Assembly: GCF_006345805.1 (NCBI RefSeq)
Contig: NC_043004.1
Span: 10,974,001-11,038,000, forward strand
DNA: 64,000 nucleotides
Source of the DNA: Octopus sinensis
Taxonomy: Eukaryota
Direction of reading: 5' to 3'
The notes under the pieces were generated by a model. It was given only the letters and a program-made list of their open reading frames with translations, was not told the origin of the DNA and ran no database searches. Below, piece by piece: positions 1 to 12,563 of this stretch. Both the position numbers and the translations under genes were made by a program. The first letter of the stretch is position 1; every line of letters starts with the position of its first letter.

Positions 1-111
1 GGCGGTTATGCGTGGATCACACAGACACAAAGACACAGACACAGACATACAGTCACTCACATACACTTACATACGACGTACCAAATTTACTCACAAGACT
101 TTGGTCGGCCC
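1..111 (-). mobile_element. SINE family A, internal fragment
   Basis: TACCAAATTTACTCACAAGACTTTGGTCGGCCC is the reverse complement of the family A body (GGGCCGACCAAAGCCTTGTGAGTGGATTTGGTA). Confidence 0.6.
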
Positions 112-248
112 ATATATATATATATAAATATTTTAACCTTCGGATTTTTCTTAATATGCTAGGCCACTGGTTTTAATTGATTAATATCAATTTCTACCCT
201 TATTAAATTTATATATATATATGTATATATATATATATGTATATATAT

Positions 249-650
249 AGGCACAGGAGTGGCTGTGTGGTAAGTAGCTTGTTTACCAACCACATGGTTC
301 CGGGTTCAGTCCCACTGCGTGACACCTTGGGCAAGTGTCTTCTACTATAGCCTCGGGCCGACCAAAGCCTTGTGAGTGGATTTGGTAGACGGAAACTGAA
401 AGAAGTCCGTCGTATATATGTATACATATATATGCGTGTGTGTGTTTGTGTGAGTGTGTTTGTCCCCCTAGCATTGCTTGACAACCGATGCTGGTGTGTT
501 TATGTCCCCGTTACTTAGCGGTTCGGCAAAAGAGACCGACTGGGCTTACAAAAAGAATAAGTCCCGGAGTCGAGTTGCTCGATCAAATCGGTGCTCCAGC
601 ATGGCCACAGTCAAATGACTGAAACAAGTAAAAGAGTAAAGAGTAAAGAG
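249..650 (+). mobile_element. tRNA-derived SINE family A, full length
   Basis: A-box-like TGGCTGTGTGG and B-box-like GGTTCAGTCC; CORE-like ACCTTGGGCAAGTG; internal (TA)/(TG) tract; 3' tail GGTGCTCCAGCATGGCCACAGTCAAATGACTGAAACAAG followed by (TAAAGAG)n. More than ten copies or fragments in the window. Confidence 0.9.
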
Positions 651-730
651 TATATATATATAATATATATATATATAATATATATGTATTAATATATGCA
701 TACATATATACATATATACATATGCATGCG

Positions 731-769
<39 letters not shown>

Positions 770-798
770 TGCACAAATGTGTATATATATATATATAT

Positions 799-1226
799 AA
801 TCAAAATAAGCAACAAGACATCAAGTACTGATGCAGTACAACCGTTTCAAGCGGCTCCATTTAATTGAACAAGGCAATCATTAGATCAGTTTAAATGCAG
901 ATATATAATTTTAACCAGTTCCTTAAATCCTTGAAAATGTTTTAGCCCGAAGGTCGCGGCCATTAATGTAATTTTTCTCAAATGCTTTAACAGAGCAAGA
1001 AGATGTCTATTCTTAGCTACAATAGCGACAACATGAATTTCTTCCATCTTCTGAGAAAAATTGTATTAATGTGTCCAACTGGTTAAAATTATATATCTAT
1101 TCAATTGTGCAGCTGTTGATGAAATTACATTTAAATTGATGTAATGATTGCATTGTTGAATTAAATGGAGCCGCTTGAAACGGACGTACTGCATCACTAC
1201 TTGATATCCTCTTGCTTATTTTGATT
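799..1226. repeat. Imperfect foldback of about 430 bp abutting a (TA)n tract
   Basis: 799-920 is the reverse complement of 1077-1226 apart from an indel of about 30 nt; 961-984 also pairs with 1046-1071. Confidence 0.85.
1107..1194 (+). ncRNA. Type I hammerhead-like motif with variant core CUGUUGA and expanded stem II region
   Basis: TGCAG-CTGTTGA-(about 57 nt)-GAAAC-GGAC-GTA-CTGCA: perfect 5-bp stem I, 2-bp stem III, GUA site; stem II base is weak. Confidence 0.5.
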
Positions 1227-1308
1227 TTATTCACCTTACTTCGAGGTGTGCGGATAATACCATACTGACTTGGTGCTTCAACTTAAGTACCTAGTTCGAC
1301 TGAGTCTC

Positions 1309-1345
<37 letters not shown>

Positions 1346-2014
1346 AAAAAAGCCCACTTTGTCGTATGGTTAACACCATATAGATTTCTGGTGCATCCAA
1401 GTTAAGTACCATATTCATGTGAATTCAACAGAACTCACTTGAATCTTAATTGCTTATACCGTATATATATTTATATATATATATATATACCCTCACACAC
1501 ATATACACACATATATACCTTTTGACTCAACGATAGTTAAGGTACCTCTGAGTAATGACTGTAACTGTAATTTCTTCTGCTTTTCATTGTGAAATATCAA
1601 CAGTATATCTCGACTAGGGACTATAGAATATACGAAACGGCATTGACACTTCCTTACCAACCGACAGTAAATAACTGGATGTCTAATCAAAGTTATATAC
1701 CCTCCAGCTGTTTCCTGCGGTATACTTTAGCAAGTCAATGTAATATTGTAATGGACATTATCTTAGCTAAATGTAGTTGTATGAAATGAACTGCTTGCTG
1801 CTTCATTAATATTTATGTACTATTAAGTTCTCTTTGTCACAATCGGATACAATTTACAGGGCATTTGCTGTGTACATAGCGTAGAATATGACTCCCATAT
1901 ATTTGCGTTTGAGTGTACATATGTGGGTATGTTCGTGTGAGTGTTTGTGTGAGTATGAGTGTGTGTATTTATATGTGTGTGCGTGAGAGAGAGAGAGAGG
2001 GGGGAGTGTATATA

Positions 2015-2220
2015 TGTCTTTGTGTCTGTTGTAACTCCCATCGATTGACAACCAATGTCGATTTATTCACGCTCCGTAACTTAGCGGTGGAGGAAAATCG
2101 AACGAGAGAATATGTACCAGACTAAAAAAAAAAGTACTTGGGTCAATATCTTTGAGTAAACCTTTCAGAATGTGATGCTCCAGCATGGTCCCTGTCTAGC
2201 GCCTGGAACAAGTAAAAGAC
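2015..2220 (+). mobile_element. SINE family A, diverged 3' half
   Basis: CGTAACTTAGCGG ... TGCTCCAGCATGG ... AACAAGTAAAAG. Confidence 0.7.
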
Positions 2221-2318
2221 ATTCGCCCATCCATCCGTACATGCATATATGTAACTATGTATTAGTCGCACATGAAGAAACAGATACCTTGGGTTATCTA
2301 CTACATCTCAGTGAATTT

Positions 2319-2736
2319 CTATTTCTTTACTACCCACAAGGGGCTAAACATAGAGGGGACAAACAAGGTCAGACAAAGGGATTAAGTCGTTTACATCGAC
2401 CCCAGTGCGTAAATGGTACTTATGTAATCGATCCCGAAAGGATGAAAGGCAAAGTCGACCTCGGCGGAATTTGAACTCAGAACGTAGCGGCAGACGAAAT
2501 ACCTATTTCTTTACTACCAACAAGGAGCTAAACACAGAGAGGACAAACAAGGACACACAAACGGATTAAGTCAATTACATCGACCCCAGTGCGTAACTGG
2601 TACTTAATTTATCGACTTCGAAAGGACGAAAGGCAAAGTCGACCTCGGCGGAATTTGAACTCAGATCGTAACAGCAGACGAAATTCGGCTACGCATTTCG
2701 CTCGGTGTGCTAACGTTTCTGCCAGCTCGCCGCCTT
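2319..2736 (-). mobile_element. SINE family B dimer (one head plus two ~184-bp body units)
   Basis: Minus-strand head AAGGCGGCGAGCTGGCAGAAACGTTAGC; B box GTTCAAATTCC; core GCCTTTCATCCTTTCGGG; imperfect 18-bp TSD at 2301-2318 and 2738-2755. Confidence 0.9.
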
Positions 2737-2945
2737 GCTACATTTCAGTGTATTTCGTTCCAGTGTATACCAGCTTCTGTCATGTGAAAAATACGACGAG
2801 TTTTTAAGTGACCAGTCAAAAGAATGTAGAACAACGGGCTCGGAAAGTCCTTACGCAAGCACTCAAATATTCCAACTGTAGTAGTTTTAATTGCAGCTCA
2901 AAAGTTCGTGAAACACCCAAGTAGATATGCATACGTAGATACCTA

Positions 2946-3178
2946 CCTATTTCTTTACTACCCACAATGGGCTAAACACAGAGGGAACAAACAAGGACAG
3001 ACAAACGGAATAAATCGATTACATCGATCCCAGGGCGTAACTGGTACTTAATTTATCGACCCCGAAAGGATGAAAGGCAAAGTCGACCTCGGCGGAATTT
3101 GAACTCAGAACGTAATGGCAGACGAAATACGGCTACGCATTTCGCCCGGCGTGCTAACGTTTCTGCCAGCTCGCCTGC
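2946..3178 (-). mobile_element. SINE family B monomer
   Basis: Same head, core and tail as 2319-2736. Confidence 0.9.
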
Positions 3179-3248
3179 CTGCGTACCGACCTATCTACTT
3201 ACCTATCTACCTACCTACATATATATATATATAGACTGTCAGAATGTT

Positions 3249-3304
3249 GTGAACGCCTCTGATGAGAACCCAATAAGTTTCGAAAATCGATTAACATTGT
3301 TCAT
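3249..3304 (+). ncRNA. Degenerate minimal hammerhead motif (Penelope type)
   Basis: CTGATGA-GAAC-ccaataa-GTTTC-GAAA-ATCGAT-TA; palindromic helix III (AATCGATT); stem I is eroded, with only distal TGAAC/GTTCA pairing. Confidence 0.55.
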
Positions 3305-3333
3305 CAATCTTCATTCAGCAGACAGATGGCTAT

Positions 3334-3800
3334 GGACGCAGGAGTGACTGTGTGGTAAGTAGCTTGCTTACCAGCCACATGGTTCCGGGTTAAGTCCCAC
3401 TGCGAGGTACCTTGGGCAAGTGTCTTCTACTATAGCCTCGGGTCGACCAAAGCCTTGTGAGTGGATTTCGTAGACGGAAACTGAAAGAAGACCGTCGTAT
3501 ATATGTATATGTATATGTATGTATATATATGTGTGTGCGTATGTTTGTGTGTGTGTGTGTGTGTTGTGTGTGCATATTTGTGTGTCAGTGTTTTTCCCCC
3601 CAACATCGCTTGACAAGCGATGCTGGTGTGTTTACGTCCCCGTAACTTAGCAGTTCGTCAAAAGAGACCACGATAGATTAAGTACTAGGCTTCCAAAGAA
3701 TAAGTCCTGGGGTCGATTTGCTCGACTAAAGGCGGTGCTCCAGCATGGCCACAGTCAAATGAGGAAAAGTCAAACAAGTAAAGGAGTAAAGAGTAAAGAG
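3334..3800 (+). mobile_element. SINE family A, full length
   Basis: Matches 249-650 throughout; (TAAAGAG)n tail runs into a (GA)n tract. Confidence 0.9.
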
Positions 3801-3838
3801 TATAGAAAAAACAAAGAGCACGAGGAAAAGAGAAAGCG

Positions 3839-3893
<55 letters not shown>

Positions 3894-5167
3894 GGACAGA
3901 AACAGAGAATCAGAGTGAATGAGAGATGAAAAGAGAGAGAGAGAGATGAAAAGAGAGAGAGAAAGAGAGAGAGGTAATTTAGTTCTGGTACGTACGGGAA
4001 TAAAGAGGAAATGACAGAAAATATAAAACTATCGATAAAAATAGTAAAATGATAAGCATTGAGTTACATACAGTTACAGACACATAAATACGCAAACATA
4101 TATATACTACACAGATATATACACACACATACACCATTTATTTATACATGTGCGTATGTGCGTGTGTGAATGTGAGTGTGTTTGCACACGTATATATATA
4201 TATATACAGATATTCCTAAACTCAGACATAAATGTACATTATTCCACTTACGTTCCGGTTATCGAGTATGTATATGTATGAATTTATAAATGTGTCTATG
4301 AGCAGAGATGTGTGTGTATGTGTTCGTATGTGTCAGTATGCATGAACGAGAGTAAATTGTTTTTTTTCTCCCCCAGAAATACTCATTAAATAGGGTTTGT
4401 TCGAAATATCTCAACATCACATCAGATTAAAACGCTAAAAAGGATCATAAATTTTCTGGTAAGCACTGAAACACACACACACACCCACACACACACACAC
4501 AGACATATACACACACACACACACACACAACACACACGCACACAGACATATACACATATACACACACTTGCACACACACCACACACACACATACATACAC
4601 GGACACACGCGCACAATCACAATCACACACACACCGTCACTCAAGCAAATGTAGGAAAAACAAAAACGTGACCCTACCGAGAAGCTAATACATTAGATCT
4701 AAAACACGTTTTATTTGTGTTAGGCGGAAAACAGGATTATATTATTGATAACATAATACATATAACATATGTAAATGTTTTATTTATTTACATATTTATT
4801 AATATATATATTTATTTATCTGTATTTTCTATTATCTACTTTCCTCATTTTAATACAACTTGTTGCTGTTTTTTCTTGTCTCATTGTTTTGTGTTTTGGG
4901 TAGTGGCGGGGAGGCATCCACAGTTTGTGGTCAAAAATTTTATTACTCTCGTAAGATTTGTTGGTGCTGTGATAATATGTCACATTCATAATTAGAATTA
5001 TGTCCCTGTAATGACGATAACGCCCTATTTATATTAGAATTTGTTCTCGATCTGGTACTTCATAACAAGTAAATATTTACTATGCTGAATACCCGAAACA
5101 GCAAGCGACAATTAACAGGTGTGGTAGGTCTTTAGTTTATTTATTCCCTTTAGCTACAGAGGAAGTC

Positions 5168-5290
<123 letters not shown>

Positions 5291-5445
5291 AGAATAGTTA
5301 GCACGCCGGGCAAAATGCTTCGCGGCATTTAATCTGTGTCCATGCTCTGAGTTCAAATGCCACCGCGCTCGACTTTGCCTTTCATCCTTTCGGGTCAATA
5401 AAATGAGTACCAGTTGAACACTGGAGTCGATGTAAACGACTCACC
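5291..5445 (+). mobile_element. SINE family B, diverged partial copy
   Basis: TTAGCACGCCGGGCAAAATGC ... GAGTTCAAAT ... GACTTTGCCTTTCATCCTTTCGGG. Confidence 0.8.
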
Positions 5446-5609
5446 CGGAAACATATGGTTGGTAAGCAAGCTACTTACCACACAACAAGGTTTAAGTCGA
5501 ATGGGTTTTCGTAGTTCAAGCTTTAATTCATTGTTCAAACAAATTGCATAGGAGAAACATTTATTCATCAAAATATATTCTACTTTATTTTATTGCCTGT
5601 TGACGTTGT

Positions 5610-6700
5610 TATTCCAAAAGCCCAATTCCACGCTTTTACCATTTCGCTGCTTTAGAGACAAAAATCTCTCTGCACACATTTTCAAACTCATCAACGTTTT
5701 TGACACTCCATCCGTGCAAAAAATGAGCCATGACTCTAAAAATGTGGTAATTTGATGGTACAAGTTCTTGACTGTAGACTGAGACAGAACTTCGAGTCAT
5801 GCAAGCTCTTCTAGCTTGCGCTTGTCCACGTAGGCAGCTGTGCGTCTTCGATTAACCAATGCAAAGCTTTCAAAGCAGCATAAACTCACTGCAGTTGTTG
5901 AGAAGTAAGGTTTACGTTGACAGCTTCGAGTTTGGGGCAACACATGATTTTCTGCCCAACCCATCCTTATTTGGTAACTGGCTTTCTGGCAGAAACTTTA
6001 GCACGCCGGGCGAAATTCTCAGTGGTATTTCGTCTGCCGCTACGTTCTGAGTTCAAATTCCACCGAGGTCGACTTTGCCTTTCATCCTTTCGGGGGTCGA
6101 TTAAATAAGTACCATTTATGCACTGGAGTCGATGTAATCGACATAATCCGTTTGTCTGTCCTTGTTTGTCCTCTCTGTGTTTAGAGCCCCCTGTGGGTAG
6201 TAAAGAAATAGGTTTTGGAGCATGGCCGGAAGAGAGCCACTGCTTTCTGCTAGGATTTCGAATATAGATCTATTTTTCACCCCTACTCGTCGCCGATTAA
6301 AAAATGGTATCTCGCGGATTTGCCAGCAAATGCTCGCACGTCGTTGCTCCTGGTCAACTAGACAGTTCATAGCGTCTGTGCACAAGGCAGAGCTTATGGC
6401 GGTCTGTGGTGCTTTGTGAAGAAGCTAAGGTGATGATGCTCTGCGAAGGACTAAGTTCTACTGACAATGTAGGAGTCCTTGAACTCGGCTGTTGTTCAAT
6501 CATTTCATGCAAAGCTTCATCTTCCACAACAGGTCGCACTGACATTGGTTTGTCTTCGAGCTGCTTTTACCTTCCTTGAAGCGTCTGAACCAATCTTGTG
6601 CAACACAGACATCGACAATTCATAGACTTTCTACCTCGTTCATTCATATTTACCGCTACCCTTTCACTCCTTCGTTTTTCCACAGCTGGTGTGAAATGAC
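5610..6700 (-). pseudogene. Degenerate mariner transposase interrupted by a SINE B copy
   Basis: Minus-strand fragments: AQDWFRRFKEG..LEDKPMSVRP (HTH/GRP region), GEK*IYIRNPSRKQWLSSGHAPKP (TGDEKW region), QELVPSNYHIFRVMAHFLHG (YSPDLAPSDYHLF region). Many stops and frameshifts; TIRs not identified. Confidence 0.8.
5985..6212 (+). mobile_element. SINE family B monomer inserted in the mariner relic
   Basis: CTGGCAGAAACTTTAGCACGCCGGG ... GTAGTAAAGAAATAGG. Confidence 0.9.
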
Positions 6701-8087
6701 TCTAATTGCAATTTTTTCACCACTCATTATCAAATCTGTAAAATAAAGAAAATACAATTAATGCTTATATGTTATATCTGAAAATAAAGAATAAGCAATT
6801 CAACAATTGGACAAGTTTATCAAATTAATGATTTAACACGGAGATACAAATTGCAAAAAAAAAAAAAAAAAAATCATCAGTGAAAATTAAAAAACGGAAA
6901 AAAAATTGACTCAACTTCAGATAAAACCACACATAAACACACACACGCTCTCTCTCTCTTTTTTTCTTCTCTCTCTCTCTCTCTCTTTCTCTCTCACACA
7001 CACACGTACATACACACATATATATATGTGGGAGGTTGAGTCAAAAGTGTTTTTTTCGTTTTTCACAACGAAGTTTAACTTCACAATTCATTCATCACAA
7101 AAAATAAGTTAAATTTTTGTCTGGATTTTCAAGTTGAGAAAATATCAATATTAGAAGTTTATGATGAAGATAATGACGACGGCTACGGCGACGGTGACAC
7201 CGATGGTGATGATGAGCAAGATGACAATGGTGATGATTATGGAGATGTGAAGGAGTAGGAGGAGGAGGATCATAATCACGACGATTTTGATCATAGGGAA
7301 ACCTGAGCGTATGGCAGACATAATGGTGGTGGTAATAATGGCAAAGTCAACTATAGTGACGGTCAAGGTTATGAGAATTTTCATAATGATGCTGACGAAT
7401 GCAACAACCAGGATGACGATGAAGACGATGAGAAGGAACAATTATGTTGATAAAGATGATGAGGATGATTTTGCTGCTGCTGCTGCTGCTGCTTTTGGTG
7501 ATTGTGACGGCGGTAGTGATGATAAAAATAAAAACGATGATGAATAACAGGAGGAAGAGTATAAACTCCAGCTATTGATGAGTTATAATCGGAGAGTATT
7601 TCTCAATGACAGGAATCAAAGTCAGTAGCCAAGCGATCATTTTTGTAGACAGAAAGTAAATTGAATTTCAAATTTCAACTGACCATCAGTCCCTGAAATA
7701 AGCAACAAGTTCATCTTTTGTTCTATGAAAATTATAATCGATTGTCTATCGATTATCGATTTCCAAAAGTGTTAGATTTAGATTCTGATATATTGGAGAG
7801 CAGAATAGAGGAGTAGAGAAGAGAAGGACAGAGAGAGCGCGGAGGTTAGTGTTGAGGTCATTTGTATTTCCTCATACAGTGGTTTAACCTAATGATTGAT
7901 TGTAAGATCTTGGTGGTGCCGGTGATTTAAATTGGCGTGCTATGTTTTATCCATAAACCAAGAACGGCGAATAAATTCTGCTTTTCAGAATTCCATTAAT
8001 ATTCAGAAACATAAGCACGCTCACGCTTTCATTTATTCACATGAAAACACAATGCCTGCATATATATGTATGAAATAATATATGCAC

Positions 8088-8118
<31 letters not shown>

Positions 8119-8803
8119 TGTATGTATGTATGTATGTATGTATGTATGTGTGTATGTATGTATACATACATACATACATACATATATATATGTATATGAA
8201 TGTATACATATATATAGGTATATGAATGTATATGTATATGAATGTATATGTATATGTATATATACATGAATGTATGTGTGTGTGTTTGTGTGTGTATCTA
8301 AGTAGATAGCTATGAAGGTATGTGTGTCAGTAATGTATATGTAAGTATTTAAATATGTATGTAAATATGTTTCACCGATTTTATTTTTCTAAACTCTTAC
8401 CAATATACAAAGAACCGCTTTCTTGTCTAGAAACAATGAGTCATTAGTATTTAAACATCAGTCTTGCAAGTACGCTGGCGCATTCATACATTCATGCATA
8501 TATACATACATGCAAACGCACATACGCACATACGCACATACACACACGCACGCACACACACACACACATATGTGTGTGTGTGTGTATATATATATAAACA
8601 AACATACGAACGTACATACATTTAGATGTTGCTTTTGTGGTTGAGAAAAGATGGAAAACTCTAAACCAGACTAGAATCACTTCCATCAATGATCCAAGTG
8701 TTTTCACTGTATCTGATGAGTATTAGAGGTAGATGAAAACATAACGTACGATATAACAAGACATGTATCGCTAAAAACATATTACAGGTGAATAAAGAAA
8801 ATA

Positions 8804-10096
8804 CGAGGGGCGTTCAATAAGTAATGCCCCTGACCCACTTCCCATAGCAGTAGAGCAACGAAACTTGGCACAGTTATTAATCTTTTTCTACATAGAAACC
8901 ATCCAGAGTTACGCATTTCTCCCATTGCTTGATGCAGCTCTGGGACCGTTTTTGTAGAAGACCCCAGCTTAGTCCGCCAACCACGACGTGACTTCAGAAA
9001 TCAAGGCTGCATCATCTGGGAAACGCTTTCCTTTCAAAAACGACTTCATGGCTGGGAAGAGGTGAAATTCAGAGGGTGCAAGGTCAGGATAGTAGGGGGA
9101 TGGGGGAGGAGTTCATAGCCGCACGCCTGTGCTTCTGATCTGGCGACACGCGAGTTGTAGACCGGAGCGTTGTCCTGCAGGAGGAGGATACCTTTGCTGA
9201 TCTTGCCCCGCTTCTTGATTTTGATAGCTTCTCTTAATTTCCTCAAAAGTGAAGCATAATAGGCTCCTGCAATTGTGGTACCCTTTGCCAGGAAATCTGT
9301 CATCACTATTCCGTCCTGGTCCCAGAAGACTGTGAGCATGACCTTGCCAGCGGAGGGCTGCACCCTTGCCTGCTTTGGAGGAGGTGAGTCACGGTGCTTC
9401 CACTGCATTGACTGGGCTTTGGTTTCTGGATCATTGTGATGGACCCAGGCTTCATCCTGTGTAATCAGTCTTTTGAAAAATTTTGACTCGTCTTCTTGGC
9501 ACATCTCCAAATTCATCCTCGAGCACTCGACTCGTTCAGGCTTCTGGAAAGGTGTGAGCAACCTGGGAATCCATCTGGCAGACACATTTTGCATATATGC
9601 AAATGGTCATGAATGATAGTTTCCACAGACCCGGTACTAATCTTGACCTCTTGGGCTATTTAGCGAATAGTTATGCGTTGATCTTCTAAAATGGCAGCCT
9701 CAACTTGACGGACAAATGCCTCATCAATGGCAGAAGGGGGGCGACCAGATCTGGGAGCTGTTTCCACAGAATTCCGACCATGTTTGAATTCATGATGCCA
9801 GCGTTTTACAAGGTCATATGATGGGGCATCATCACCATAAGTTACTTTCATTTTATCAAAAGTCTCCCGTGGTGTGCATCCTTTCAAATACAAAAACCGG
9901 ATCACTGCTCGACACTCAACAGGCTCCATTTCACACTTGTCTCAGTTCAAACACCTGTAAATCAGAAACCACAATTAGTTCAGAGCTGTAATTTGCCACT
10001 TCATCTGTAGAGATATAAATAATTGCACATGGAAAATTTCAGCTAGATCAAACAATTTCAAGTGGGTCAGAGGCATTACTTATTGAACGTCCCTCG
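8804..10096 (-). mobile_element. Full-length mariner transposon (about 1.29 kb), probably irritans-like
   Basis: About 37-bp TIRs, CGAGGGGCGTTCAATAAGTAATGCCCCTGACCCACTT and AAGTGGGTCAGAGGCATTACTTATTGAACGTCCCTCG, with TA on both sides (8802-8803, 10097-10098). Confidence 0.95.
8877..9929 (-). pseudogene. Mariner transposase, disrupted
   Basis: HTH plus RSGRP, WIPRLL, ITQDEAW, QDNAPV, YPDLAPSEFHLFP and WEKCVTLDGFYVEKD*; internal stops (for example at 9660) and several frameshifts. Confidence 0.95.
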
Positions 10097-11038
10097 TATG
10101 AAACTCGGAATTAAATAAAGTAGTGAGCGACAATGTGTTTGCTGTGCCAGTACTCATACTAACATTTGGGCTACTTGATTGCACGCTTGTTGAGGTCCGA
10201 GCTATTAATGTGAAAACCTGGATGATACTGATCAGCACAAATAATTTTCACATCAACAGCGATGTAGACCACATCCACCTAAAACAAAAACAAAGCAGCA
10301 GAGGCTTAACATCGTTTCAAACTGGTTTTGAACGTCAGGTCATATCCCTTTGGTAACGTCTTTTAAGCACTGAGTGTCGAAGTGCATTCCTTGACCAAGT
10401 TTGCATGCACGAATTTGATAACGTCAATGGACTTGGAAAGCAGCTCCTTGGACAACATACCCTGTCTAGTAACCTTGAACATATGCTCACAGAATTGGCA
10501 AGACTCTGCCAAAACGTATCATTAGATGAAAGGAGGAATGTATATCAGCAGAAGACCATGTATGGCTATATTAGCAGAAATCTTCAGAACGATATAGGTA
10601 CCTGTTTTTGTCTGTATATATGTATGCGTGGGTGCAGGCGAATGAATACATCGATGTCAATACAATATTCAATTTGTGTATCTTATTACATGACAAAACA
10701 TTCTGAATGCTCTATATATCTTAACAGTTTCTCTGATAGCTTGTGGCTCTAATCGTTTAATTAGGCACGTTCTCTGATTTTTGTTTTGGAACCCATCATC
10801 TTAACACCCTCACTAGGACAGGCAATCGCGCATCCAAGCGTTCAGATAATTGTTGTTAGAAATCTAACTCAGTTGTCCTCATGCATGTTTGAAAGAATGT
10901 AGTCATGGTTATGAATGCATATATGTGTATGTAATATAGAATATATATATATATATATGCATGCATACATGTAAGTATGTATATATATATATATGCATGC
11001 ATACATGTAAGTATGTATATATATATATATTATATATA

Positions 11039-11081
<43 letters not shown>

Positions 11082-11200
11082 TGTTCAGTTCATATCAAGA
11101 TTTCTTGTCAATCGAGAAAGAGTAGGTTTGAACCTAGAAACAAGGCTCCTTCACTAGAACTTCAACATCAATAATACGGTATTTTTTGTATGTATGTATG

Positions 11201-11232
<32 letters not shown>

Positions 11233-11336
11233 TGTATGTATGTATGTATGCATGTATGTATGCAGAGTTGTATGTTTTGTATTATGTATGTATACTCATG
11301 CATATAGTTTCATATCTAGACATGCTCATATATATT

Positions 11337-11750
11337 TAAATGATAAACTTCAGGAAATTTGTCAGATTTTTACAGTTCCAAAGATGGATTAGCTTCGAAT
11401 TAGATTTCAATTCTCTGGTTTTGAGAAGCCTAATTTCTCAGGAGTGGTATCTCAGGACCCCATTAATTACATGTATAAACCTGAACTTGTAATCTGGACA
11501 GAGTAACTGCAGATTTCTCAATAGTTCACCATAGGTGTTCTCTTTCTCACTTATCTTCAGCTTTATGTTAACATCCGTTGGGCAGCAAATTTCCAAAACT
11601 GTGCACAGATTCTCTTCTGTATCCCAAATCATTATATCAGGTCTGTAGTGCTTACATTTTATTGAGGTCTTCACTGGGACATTCCACCAGTTCTCCTTTT
11701 TATTATGAGTGGCTATGGTTTCTATCATACTGCGGGTTTTTATTTCGTTG
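11337..11750 (-). pseudogene. 3' end of an RLE-clade (R4/Dong-like) LINE, restriction-like endonuclease domain
   Basis: WWNVPVKTSIKCKHYRPDIMIWD..CTVLEICCPTDVN..KISEKENTYGELLRNLQLL..EKLGFSK..SIFGTVKI; RPD..E..K..Y pattern. Confidence 0.85.
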
Positions 11751-12122
11751 TGTATATGCACATGTATGTAAGCATACGGATATGAAAATAAACTGATCAA
11801 CATACAGACAGATAGGTACATAGGTTATATGAACAGACAAGCACACATACGCAAATGGAGACTGTAACACATAACCATATATACACAGACATACTTTACT
11901 TCACACAAGGACACAGATGGAGACACGTATCCACACGTATGGAGATGCACATCCATACATACAAACACGATACATAGTTGCAAAACACACACACACACAG
12001 ACATGCACACACAAGGAGACATAGGTGCATACATATACAAACATACGCACACACATACATACATATTTACATATGCATACACACATATATACATGCACAC
12101 ACATTCATACATACATGCATAG

Positions 12123-12167
<45 letters not shown>

Positions 12168-12249
12168 TACACACACACTGTCCCACACACATGCGCACAA
12201 ACAAACAAAAAGGAACGCAGTGTAAATAACGGACAGAGTCAAGACTATT

Positions 12250-12378
12250 GAAAAGGTTGCAAGACACAACGAAAATTTAAGGAAAATAAAAATAAGAAAT
12301 AAGTGGAAATTTTACCGGTGAGTGTATTAAATTATAAGGCACAAAAAGAAAATGACTCTCCCCAGACACAATAGTATA
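12250..12378. mobile_element. One end of the MITE-like element also present at 44303-44472
   Basis: Reverse complement of 44303-44424. Confidence 0.75.
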
Positions 12379-12517
12379 TATAGATATACATACATACGTA
12401 CATACATACATACATACATACATGCATACAGACATACATACATACATACATACATACACACACATACACACACATATATATATATATGCATGCATACATG
12501 TAAGTATGTATATATAT

Positions 12518-12563
<46 letters not shown>

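Larger units (their letters stand above)
8640..10600 (+). pseudogene. R4/Dong-like (RLE) non-LTR retrotransposon RT/thumb fragment, split by the mariner at 8804-10096
   Basis: Joined flanks read VDENITYD..YYR*IKKI*NSELNKVVSDNVFAVPVLILTFGLLDCT..INVKT..NFHINSDVDHIHLKQKQSSRGLTS..QKTMYGY, matching the NKxxAxNxFAVP, RLYxxRxxGGRGL and KxMHG motifs. Left boundary is approximate. Confidence 0.75.

Noticed and set aside
8708-8755. CTGATGA..GAAAAC..GTA as a hammerhead
   Set aside because: Stems I and II do not pair, and the stretch translates as part of the R4/Dong RT relic (VDENITYD).
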